Origin: Eledone cirrhosa
Lineage: Eukaryota
Assembly: GCA_964016885.1 (NCBI GenBank)
Contig: OZ024740.1
Coordinates: 82,398,001-82,462,000 of the forward strand
Direction of reading: 5' to 3'
DNA: 64,000 nt
Below, piece after piece: positions 1 to 14,265 of this stretch. The notes beneath the pieces were generated by a model. It searched no databases. It was not told where the DNA came from and saw only the letters and a list, made by a program, of their open reading frames with translations. A program made the position numbers and the translations under genes. Position 1 is the stretch's first letter, and the number at the start of each line of letters is the position of its first letter.

Positions 1-108
1 ATTCATCTTCTTTGTGCAGATTTCTACCAACTGCGAAAACCCTACGCACAAGTAGCGAGATGGGAATAAAGTCAAATATTTAAATGCAAGTTGGCTGATT
101 TCATTAAA

Positions 109-1796
109 CTACCCAATCAAGAATAAGTCGATCCATAGTTCTTTCTTTCTGCTTTCGAATATCACTTTCAGGTCTTCGTTTGAATTCAAATCCATCAACT
201 GATGTAAGCATTGTGCAGGTAGTAAATTTTTACAATTTCCAGCGTCATTTTCTGCCACTAACTGCTCGATCTCGGTGAACGGGTTTTTTATCCATAAATT
301 TCCGCTAACAATATCTTTTTCCATCAAGTCAAAATAATCTGAAAAACTTGTGGAAAGCACATTTAAATGAGAAAGAATAATGTTCATTAGATTGCTGGAG
401 TCAAAATCTTCTCTCTTTTTAAGCTCTATTTCAAGGTTTGAAAGTAATGAGTAATTGTCCGATTCAATTCTTTTTACAAAGATGTTTAATTTTGATTGAA
501 CATATGTAAGAAAATTGGTTGAAGTAAAAATATCTGCATTGTTACCCTGAAGACACTTATTTAGTTTGTTCAGTTCACCAAAAATGTCTACTAAATAAGC
601 GAGTTGCACATTCCATTCATTGGTTTCTAATACACTTGCTCTTTCATCATTCTGTTTTTTTAGAAAAAAACTATTATTTCTTCTCTCAGTTCAAAAACTC
701 TCTTCATAGCATCCCCAAAAGACAGCCAACGCACATCATTGTTCAATAACAATCTATTATAATTACTTCCAGAAGATTCACAAATAGATTCAAACATTAT
801 AGAATGTTTTGCTCTTGCATCGATCAAATTGATAATGTTGACAATGTCTTTCAGCTGGTCATTTAATATTTGAGCATCTCTGTCATTGAATTTTTTTGAA
901 CACAAAACCTCTCAATGAATCATACAATGATTTGAAATACAATTTGGGGTCTGTTCTTTAATTTTTGAAATCAAACGAGAATTTTTATCAATCATTACAG
1001 CTGCTCCATCTGTTGTTATTGAAGTCAACTTGCTCTAAGATACACCATTTTTTAAAAAATACTCTTCAATTTTATTGAATATATCTTGACATTTAGTTGT
1101 GATGTCTAATACCAGACAAAACAAATACTCTTCTACTAATTCTTTTTTATCAAGGCCTACAAACCGTACATAGCGAATTAATTGAGCCTTGTTATTAATA
1201 TCCGTAATTTCGTCCACTTGCAGACCAAAACATGTGCTTTTCTTTAGTGTAGTTAATATCTGATTTTCTATATCATAAGAAATATCAATTATCCTTCTTT
1301 TTACGGTATTTGGTGACAATGGTAACAGGCTTAATTTTTCTTTGTCCTTAATACTGCAGCTTTCAAAAAGATTGTCTGTAGCAATTTTTATACTTGGCAG
1401 AATTAACTGTTCTCCTAATGTAAATGGTTTCTTGTTTTTACCAATCAAATGTGAAATTTCAAAAGATGTTCTTGTTAAAGCTTTATTTCTATCTGACTTT
1501 TTACAAAACAAGTCATACATATTAGCTTGTGATATTTTGACGTTGTTTTTCAGCGAAGTAAAGTATTCCAGAGACTTGCTTTTATCATTGGTGTGATTAG
1601 TATCAAGGTGTCTTTTAAGTTTTGCAGGATTTAAACAGCTATTTGATAGAACTTTTGAACATAGCAAACACATGGGCTGATCTGGTGTATCTTTTTTAGT
1701 GTCAGCTTTTTGAAATCCATATCTAACATAATCATCACACCACTGTCTAACCTTACTGCTGGTATCTAACTTCAGCTTCTTTGCACCAGACATCAT
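109..1796 (-). pseudogene. hAT transposase (ZBED5/ZBED8/SCAND3-like), broken by stops
   Basis: BED finger CLLC..LKRHLDTNH, plus GLQVDEITD, ITTDGAAVM, VRWLS and LAYLVDIF..LNKLN..LQG, across ORFs 1035-1796, 660-905 and 109-609. Confidence 0.9.
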
Positions 1797-2124
1797 ATCA
1801 AGGTTATTTATCTACACTTAATATTTTTAATATGACGTTAATAAACAAGAGAAATTAAGTTTTTTTTATTACAAAAGTACTTAAATTAGCTTTAATTTTA
1901 GATATTTGGAAAAACTCAACTAGTTAAAAAAGAATTTTAATTTTTAAAAATTGATATTTCTACGTTTTAGGATGGCAAAGATATTATTTAAAGTCTTATA
2001 ATAATATTAAAATATTAGGGGTTACTGAAAAAGGTGCAAATTTATAAACTACTAGAAGAAATCTTTTTCAGAGTCCAGCACTTCCAGCATATACTACTTT
2101 AGGGTCGTATTAAATATTATTGGT

Positions 2125-2302
2125 GGATTGGCAGTATCGGTAGAGGGTCGGACGCCATGTTTTCCAGCAAAGTTACGTCCCTTTACGATCTGAGTTCAAA
2201 TCCCGCCGAGGTTGACTTTGGCTTTCATCCTTACGGGGTCGATAAAATAAAGTACCAGTAATGCACTGGGTAATTGCTGGCCTTGTGCCTAAAGTAGAAA
2301 CA
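2125..2302 (+). mobile_element. tRNA-derived SINE with Nin/Deu-like core
   Basis: A-box-like TGGCAGTATCGG, B-box GAGTTCAAATCC, core TTTCATCCTTACGGGGTCGATAAAATAAAGTACCAG. 16-bp TSD ATTAAATATTATTGGT at 2109-2124 and 2303-2318. Confidence 0.85.
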
Positions 2303-2454
2303 ATTAAATATTATTGGTAATGTAAATATATTTAAATATCCGCCATACTAACAGGTGCAAATAATGCAAATCAGCTGATAGTGTAGATGTGACGATGGTA
2401 TTGGAAATTAATTCAGATATCTTCTATCTATTTTGACTCAAAGTTAGATATAAT

Positions 2455-2548
2455 TGTTTCTACTTTAGGCACATGGCCAGCAAATACCCAGTGCATTACT
2501 GGTACTTTATTTTATCGACCCCGTAAGGATAAAAGGCAAAGTCAACCT
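2455..2548 (-). mobile_element. 5'-truncated SINE of the same family
   Basis: Reverse complement of the SINE core and 3' end. TSD TCAAAGTTAGATATAAT at 2438-2454 and 2549-2565. Confidence 0.8.
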
Positions 2549-5082
2549 TCAAAGTTAGATATAATATAAGAACGCTTTAGGCTGCGTTAAACATATATTA
2601 GATTGTAACAAATAAAGTTTAGTCAAATGTTTGTGGAGATATATATTTATTGTATAAAGTAATTTCACAATTGTGAATGCAGATGTCATCAAACGAATAC
2701 ATAATTGTGTGGCAAAGTTTATAGTGTATGTATGGAATACAAACTTACCTTTGTTAGTAGTCGAAACTTTACAGGCGTTATATTTTCTGTGCAAAGTACA
2801 ACAGATGTAACGTGTTCTTATTTAGAATTGTCTGTAGAACTGGATGCATGTTGAAAACGACTAGTAAGCGAGTTCACTCTGTGAGGAAACTTTAGGCGAT
2901 TTTAAAGCTTTTGTGAGGGCAGCAGATTAAAACGTGTTCTCTATTGAAATCATTCTACTGAACTTACGTTGTGAGAATAGCGAACTGGCCCTGTCTCTCG
3001 GCTGAAAGACCTCGCTGAACTGCAGTTTTCAGTTTAAAGTTATGCTGTTATCGACCAACATTTACTTGTTCGTGATTGGTCAATTTCTAAGTTCAATTAG
3101 TATATTATCAGTAGTAGTCAAATTCTCGGAATTCAGAAAACTTTGTCTTTCCAAGAATTGATGTGAAATTGAAAGTATTCAATTTTCACGAATCTCAGAA
3201 CAGTGTTTTTCTGCTAATTCAAATGAGAAACTGAAAGTAATATTTTCCACGAATTGGAGTGGAGAACCTGTGTACACTACAATAGTACTTGTTCATTTAT
3301 ACATTGCACCTTTGGCATTTTCTTTGCACCTTTTTCAGAAAACCCAAAATATTAATGGTAATGTAAATATTTATTTTTTTTAAGGAACCCGGAGTTTGTT
3401 TTACGGAACCCATGTTGGCGACCACTGCCCTACAGGACAAAAATCAAAACCTGACTAAGGGCGGAAGAACTCATAAGAGTCAACGGCCATTTAAAACAAA
3501 AAAACCCCAAATCCTGCAAAATTAATAGGTGGCAGTAGTTCAAGCTGCACGCGTCGAAAGACTGCTGTAGTGGTTCTGAGAACAATGCGGCTTTGCAGAT
3601 GATCAATGCAAATTTACAATGGAAAGTCGCTTCCGCTCGAGTTACAGAGAACTATTGACATTTAGGAGAAGAAGCGACACCTGATTGTATTCAGCAACCG
3701 GAACAAATATGAAGTCCACCAAATCCAATCCTCCTAGGGGGGCCCTGGTCTTTTTATTTGCGTGCGTAAACTCGACCAGATTAGATTAGATTAAAATACG
3801 ACAATGATGGAGAATATGAGAACAAATCAATAGAGGTATACCCACAGAATATCAGTCAGTATTATATTTCTGTAGAGTTATATATATACACAAAATATGA
3901 GACATTGAATTATTTCTATGGGCGTAGGTCAAACGGGGGTAGTAAGCCCTGTGGGCGTTAATGTCCAACACACTACAATTGCATTATATTTATACTTGGC
4001 ACATCGTCCATGTTATCAGGTGACTCACGAACAAATCAGAATGTATGTTTCTTGAAAAGGAAGTTATATGAAAACTAATAAATTGAAGCCTTACAGTTTC
4101 TGTCAAAATTTGAATATGCAGCTCTTCATTGCATTATTACAAAGTGTCAGATATTCTCTGCCTTTGGTGTTCAGGTATATCAACAACTGCTGTTTTCATA
4201 ACTTCACTACTTACAGATTAAAAACAAGTTGACAGAAGTCTGTTAAAGTACTAAGGTAAGTTTTTATAACTTATTTGAGTACCTGTGTATATTATGTAGA
4301 TAAATAAGACATTAGGGATAAAGGAATATCTGGCCGCCGTGGTGATGATATTTTTAGGACCACAAACAGAAGGATACAAATAATCAGAAAATATGCATGG
4401 TGGCTGTTTTTGTTTACTTCAGCTATAGTATAAATGGGCATTTTTTTAGTGGTGGTGGTAATTTCTCCTAGCCTAATATATATGTCATTTGAAAATGTCT
4501 AGTGGCTAATGACCCCGAGAGATTCCATTTGTCACAAATGTTGTCTCTGGCTGTCAGAATTCACAAACACTCAGGTAAAATTGGATTGTGGGACATTTAT
4601 AGCTATATACAAGTAAAGAAACATCCTTGCTTAGTTTATTTAGTTTTAATTGTGTAAATAATAATAAAAATGCATGTTGCTATTTTTCCACTTTAGAAGA
4701 AGACTGGGATTGACAGAACAAATGATGCAAATAGTCAGGAAATGGCTGATGTCTAAAATTCTCCAATAAAGTAGGAGATGACTGTTACCTAGGCAGCGAA
4801 ATATTTGGTGTTTGTATGAAGTCTATTTTGAGGAGGGTTAGATTAGAAATTCCGATTAATGTGCATATCGGAAAGACAAGTACTTTATCCCCTGATCAAC
4901 TACTGGAGCTCGCAGAATGATCGAATCTTTTAGCGAATTGGGGATGGCGCTTGACAAGAATATATGCATAGTTTAATAAGAGCATTTAAGCATATTGATG
5001 CCAAATTTCTTCAGTTATTTGGGATTATATTCCTTATTAAACTATTTTTTGAGGCTAAAATAAGGTGAAACTTCTAATTCAG

Positions 5083-8412
<3,330 letters not shown>

Positions 8413-8518
8413 ATATATAAATGTGTGTGTGGGTGTGTGTGTGTGTGTGATAAGTATTTCCGTAGAAAACGTAAAGGAAAGAAGAGTGCTCTATGTACAG
8501 TGTTATTTAATTACATAA

Positions 8519-8706
8519 GGGCGGTGAATTGGCAGTATCGGTAGAGGGTCGGACGCCATGCTTAGACGCATAGAGTTACGGCCCTTGCCATTCTGAGTTC
8601 AAATCCCGCCGAGGTTAATTTTGCCTTTCATCCTTACGGAGTCGATAAAATAAAGTACTAGTATTACACTGGGTAATTTGCTGGCCTTGTGCCAAAAGTA
8701 GAAACA
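8519..8706 (+). mobile_element. Full-length tRNA-derived SINE
   Basis: Same family as 2125-2302. 17-bp TSD GTTATTTAATTACATAA at 8502-8518 and 8707-8723. Confidence 0.85.
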
Positions 8707-9697
8707 GTTATTTAATTACATAATAAATATATATATATATATATGTATATTTATATATATATAGAATCGTATATCTACAGAAAAGTGAGGTTATAACACC
8801 CTTCTATGTATCCTAATATTCGTAGTCATTTTCAGTTTTACATAGTAAAATCTACAGTACTTTTCTACTATTATAGTTGAATCATATATCACTTCATTTT
8901 TGTTGGTGTACGAAAAAGAAATATTGATAAAGACATCTCGAACAAAACGTTGTTGCGTTCCTCCTATTTTATATACGGTGTCAGATAACGGAATCAGTTA
9001 TTACGTTTCTAAATATTTGTCAGAGAATCAAGTTTATATATTTATGAAAGTCTTGCAATTTTGTTCAGCGCATTGATTTATCTCGTGTTACTAGATATCT
9101 ACCTCTTAATACAGCGTTGATTTTGATATTTCGCCTAAAAGAAAGTTGCAACAAATAGAGTAAGCCATAACTGGCCATGATATTGGAATTCTTTTACTGT
9201 AAATGTATAAAATGGCTCAGGTTATCTGTTCACATAACTAATGGGATACCTCTTAAACTGACACTACATTCTACACCCTTCTCCTGAGTAAAGTTCGCCT
9301 CGAATATCTGTAATTTTTACTTTCCAAACATTGATCATGATGCTGTATTAAGTAGACGCGTTCAGATACGTTCAATATGAAATCTAAAACGACATCAAAT
9401 AATTTTATATTTGGAAGATGCAGCCAGCGGCTCTTCGGTTAGATTTAATGTTTTACAGCTAATGCACGGGCAAACATTCCTGTGGTACACTGGACGATAT
9501 ACACGTCTTCTGTTGAGGGTCTGAAAATCGATTAAAAGATTTGTCATTTTTTCAATTTACAGCGAAATATTATGTTCTGGCACGTTCATCCATCTCCAAA
9601 TTAGATATGTGTATACATTCATACATGTTGGGGTAGTCTTGGTTGAAAACAATATCTATACAGATGTGTGTTAATTGTACACTTCGTCTGCTATACG

Positions 9698-9742
<45 letters not shown>

Positions 9743-9750
9743 ACACACAT

Positions 9751-9799
<49 letters not shown>

Positions 9800-9800
<1 letters not shown>

Positions 9801-9992
9801 CGAAGGAATTTTGGTAAGGAACCATATGGACAATAACGCACCAGAGTACTCAATACTTAGGCTAGTAGAGTGGGTAATAGGAAAAATTATGACCCCGACG
9901 CCAGAGCTCAAGCCGTTTCCACTGCTATTTCTGGACTAGAAATAGTCGTCGAAACGGCTTGAGCTCTGTCGTCGGGGTCATACTTTTTCCTA
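9800..9992. mobile_element. Inverted pair of PLE pseudo-LTR fragments with no ORF
   Basis: 9800-9938 is the reverse complement of the 5300-5436 / 22050-22190 sequence. 9939-9992 is a forward copy of the pLTR end. (TA)n lies on both sides. Confidence 0.8.
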
Positions 9993-10189
9993 TATATATA
10001 TATGTATATATATTTAATACAATAACAGAGATAGTTTAAAGCTAAACTCTGACTGGTAACCATCTCACTCAACAAACATTAGGTTATATTTAAATATAAA
10101 CCCAATTTAAGTGTTTGGGGTGCTAACAATATGTACAATGTGGAAAAACCAGTTGTATTATTTTATGAGATATAATTAAAGCTAATAAG

Positions 10190-10359
10190 CTTTCGCCGTA
10201 TTTTTTACTAAAGTAATTTTAGTTTTATAGTGGGGTTTAGAACCATCATAGAAATAGAAAAATGATGTGTATTGACGTACTCATATTTTTCCATCTCTTT
10301 GAGGGTTCTAAACCCCACTATCAAGCTAAAATTTCTTTATTCAATATTACGGCGGAAGA
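10190..10359. repeat. Palindromic MITE-like element
   Basis: Imperfect inverted arms, e.g. TAGTGGGGTTTAGAACC versus GGTTCTAAACCCCACTA. A related half-copy lies at about 58004-58110. Confidence 0.65.
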
Positions 10360-10479
10360 TTCTATTTCTAATTTTTAACTCGCTCGCTCTTTCAAAAGAC
10401 ATATCTATCTATCTATCTATCTATCTATATATTTATATATATCAAAATGAAAATCCGAAGGCAAGGTAAAATTTCCAAT

Positions 10480-10566
10480 CATTTTAATCATGACACATGT
10501 TTCAATAAGAGATAGATCGATCGTGAAGCCATGATCGATTATCACTGATTTCGTCAGGTGAAAATG
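10480..10566 (-). ncRNA. Type I hammerhead ribozyme with long helix II
   Basis: Minus strand reads CATTTTCAC-CTGACGA-AAT..ATCGATC..GATCGAT..ATT-GAAA-CATGTG-TC-ATGA.AAAATG. Confidence 0.75.
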
Positions 10567-10749
10567 AATTGTCTTCAAATTCTTGATTGCCTTCGGATTT
10601 TTATTTTGATACTAATACTCCGTTTTACATCATCTAGCTGTTCCCTGGATGGAAGTGGAGATATACAAAAGCGTGGATAACTTAACATTGCTAATAAACA
10701 TTTATTGCACCGTTTTACATAACCAATAATACACCCTACTATATAACAA

Positions 10750-10834
<85 letters not shown>

Positions 10835-10866
10835 TATATGTATACGCTCCCCCCACCCCTATGTAA

Positions 10867-10899
<33 letters not shown>

Positions 10900-11574
10900 C
10901 GCACCCCATATAAATATATATTTATGTAGTTTAAACGGACTCTCACACGGTACCAGCAAAAGCGCAATATTCTTACATACTTAAATTTCTTGTTCATTAT
11001 GCAAAATCACGTATTTAATGAAATCTGTGAAACAGATGAAATGCAGTCGTGGGAGGTATCCTTCCCGTTGGGTTTAGTATGAGTATCACTCATTTAATCA
11101 TTTGTAATTGGTTTTCAAGAAATATTAGTTAATGCCTCGAGCAAAGGTTAAATTTCACAGTGGTATATATTATTAGGCGGAAGGGATTGAACATTGTAAA
11201 CGTGGGGACGTATTCCTATGGTATTCAAGTAAACAAATGCATTATTCTTTCCCGTAGTCGAAGGATGCATTAGATTTGTATTAGTTGCAAGAGGTCCTAA
11301 CATTCCTTACATTAAGTTATTACATCCTTAATCGTCTGAGGAGTGATAACATGTTCTAGAAGCATGAGATATACAAGAGAGCACTTTTAACTAACTAATC
11401 TGTTATTGAGCAATATGCAAATGAAATAGAGTACATATTAAATATTCTCCGTCGTTTAGGTGTCTTTAAACATGCTATTTACTCTCGTGATTGTTGGTCA
11501 TTGTATTTAAGAAGAGAATACTCGTGGTTATTGTAATATTTTTTTTTCCATAGTATTTTTTGTCATAAATAATT

Positions 11575-11884
11575 GTTTCTACTGTTTGGCACAAGACCAG
11601 CAATTACCCAGTGCACTACTGGGACTTTATTTTATCGACCCCGTAAGGATGAAGGCAAAGTTAACCTCGATTTCTGATTAAGGCACAAAGCCAAAAATAT
11701 TGGAGGAAGGGAAAGTTGATTAAATTGACCCCAGTGGGTATTTGGTACTTTATATTATCGACCCCGTAAGGATGAAAGGCAAAGCTAACCTCGGCGGGAT
11801 TTGAACTCAGAACGTAAAGGACCATAACTCTATACCGCAAAGCATAGTGTCCGACGATCTCGAAGTACTGTCAATCCACCGTCT
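11575..11884 (-). mobile_element. Tandem or nested SINE copies
   Basis: Two reverse-complement SINE cores (ATCGACCCCGTAAGGATGAA at about 11634 and 11757). The second retains the B-box and tRNA-like head. Confidence 0.8.
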
Positions 11885-12970
11885 TTTTCGTCCTAAATAA
11901 TAAATCCTCCAACGTATTGATAGGTTATTTGCTTTTAATATTAATGTTTTGTAAAGGCAATAATATTTATTCCGATAATACAATTTCAATGGAACCGGCC
12001 CTTACAATCAACAATATAATCATACTCCGCACATGAACGACAAAATTGTATAATTTCATATACAGGTCATACGCAAAACAAATGAATACAGTTATAGTTG
12101 CATCTCCTTTTACCAACAGGAGAAAACAGTGTTCATAAACTCATGACTTACCAAGGAAAATATTGAACACGTTATATTTAGTTGCATATCATTTTACTCA
12201 TATTTTGTCATAAATAATTGTTTCTATAAATATTATAATCATTAAATCTATATTTTGATATATTTTCAACGCAATTCAGCCCTTCTAAATTGACCATGAT
12301 GTATATGTATCGCTGGCATGTCTATTAACCGAAAGAGAAAAATGGACAAATTTTCACCATTATTTTTATGATTCTCTGTGGTAGAGACTGGATCATGTTT
12401 ATGGTTTCTAATTCAATTGTTTTGTTTAACGTAATCTCACATGCTCAGTGTTATTATATCCTTTGAGGAATTACTTCAAATTAAGTATAAAACGTATTGC
12501 AGTTCATATTGCCAATCAATTCTATAGTACACAACGTATAAAGAAATAATTCTGTTCAGAATATGTCAAATTAATCAAACGATCACTTCAACATTAATGA
12601 CTTGTTTTAGCAGGAATATATAAATTTCGTATCATTGGTGACTTTCATATACACGATATAATTCACATGAATAACATGTCAGGCAAAATGAATATATAAA
12701 ATTCTAACAAAAAGCAAGCAATTAATGTACTCTAATTCAAATGTTTATTTACAAACTCATATCAAAAATTTCTCAAGATCCGATAGACATGATAGAAAAT
12801 AGGTTTATGTTTTATATCTGAAATTTGCGCAAATATAGACGCATGAGATACAGCCGTATTAATATGAATGCTTAAAAAAAAAAAAATGTATCTGTTCAGT
12901 CTCGACATTCCAGTATTATCGATGGTTTCAATTTTTTCGGGATTTTTTGTATATTGCAGGTATTTGCGCA

Positions 12971-13026
<56 letters not shown>

Positions 13027-13069
13027 CATACACATATATAGATACATACATACATATATATATATATTA

Positions 13070-14265
13070 TCCACCGAGATAATATCTTAATATTTAGACA
13101 CCATCCTCGCTTCGTTGGTCGGCAATCTACACTCCCACATCCACGATGCCAATCATGCCCGTCGACTCTTCAACTCCTTCTCCTTCCCTCCTGGTCCCTC
13201 TCGCCTTCTCTTTACCCTGGACATCACCACTCTCTATACAGTCATCCTCATGATGACGGCCTCCGCGCGCTCCACCATTTTTTTGACTTACGCCCTACCC
13301 CTTATCCCAGCAATACTAATCTTCTCTGTCTGGCTGAGCTCGTTCTCACTCACAATGGCTTTTCATTTTCGAGTGAATTCTATCAGCAGGTCTCTGGGGT
13401 AGCGATGGGAACCAGAATAGGTCCAAACTATGCCAACTTGTTTGTTGGCTACGTCGAAGCATATATCTTCTCCGAGTACGCTGGACCGATTTCTGAGCCA
13501 TACGGTCGTTATATCGACGACCGTATCGGCGCCACCTCTCTTTAACGAGAGCAGCTCGACTGTTTTCTTTCTTGTATCCTATCTTTCCACCCTGTTCTAA
13601 CTTTCACGGCCCCTGTCTCCGATTCTTCTGTCGCTTTTCTAGAAATCTCTCTATCTAACACTCACTCTCACCACAACATCACTACTTCCCTCTTCATTAA
13701 ACCAACAGACTCCCAGTCTTATCTCGACTTCATCTACTCCCAACCCCCGCGTTTCTTTCCCTCTCACCTACCACCCCATCACCCTACCACTTTGGAGACA
13801 TATCCTCCGTTCCTTCCGTAACCTCTCTTCTGACCCCGTCACTTCTCGCTTTTTTCCAAAGCCACCCATTACTGCTTTTAAGCGAGCCCGCTACTTCTGC
13901 GACCTCCTGGTTCGCAGTTCCTTCTCATCCACTCCCACGACTCCACCCGGCTCTCATCCTTGTTCTCTTCCCCGCTGCAACACTTGTCCCTTTATTTCCA
14001 CTCTCACCACTCTTACAGACCCTAACTGGTCTTTCCGTATCCCGCAATCTTTCACCTGTACATCCATCTATGTTGTCTATGCCCTCCGGTGTTCCTTTGC
14101 GGGTCTTTATACATCGGAAAAAACCCAACGCCGTATGGCGGACCTTTCTTCTCAGCATTTGTGGGACATACGACTCTGTTTGGATACTCCTGTCGCCCGT
14201 CATTTCTGTTCTCCTGGTGATACTTCCCAACATGTTTCACTCCTGGGTGTTCTTTTAATCATGGA
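13070..14265 (+). mobile_element. Penelope-like element (Neptune-like), decayed RT and GIY-YIG
   Basis: LFTLDITTLYT, GVAMGTRIGPNYANLFVGYVE, YGRYIDD, KPTDSQSYLDF, the C..PRCNTCP linker and FTCTSIYVVYALRC. The 5' end follows a (TA)n tract. Confidence 0.85.

Larger units (their letters stand above)
2018..3345. mobile_element. Non-autonomous TIR element (MULE-like) nested in the hAT 5' region
   Basis: 23-bp TIRs: GGGGTTACTGAAAAAGGTGCAAA (2018-2040) and TTTGCACCTTTTTCAGAAAACCC (3323-3345). A 9-bp direct repeat, AAAATATTA, lies at 2009-2017 and 3346-3354. Confidence 0.6.
1..3427 (-). mobile_element. hAT (Buster/Charlie-type) DNA transposon, decayed; 3' part runs off the window start
   Basis: Transposase fragments at 1-1796 (-). 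The terminus reads CAGTGGTCGCCAAC on the minus strand from 3427. The adjacent 8 bp, CCCTACAG, fit the Buster nnnTAnnn target pattern. Confidence 0.85.

Noticed and set aside
109-1796. Domesticated ZBED host gene
   Set aside because: It has multiple stops and retains a TIR, so it is a dead transposon copy.
3430-5080. Non-repetitive stretch with possible AG/GT-bounded exon remnants (about 4300-4574)
   Set aside because: The frames I read contain stops and no recognisable protein family. BLASTX or RNA-seq would be needed.
5045-5080. TTGAGG..GTGAAAC as a possible hammerhead
   Set aside because: The core is incomplete and there are no convincing helices.
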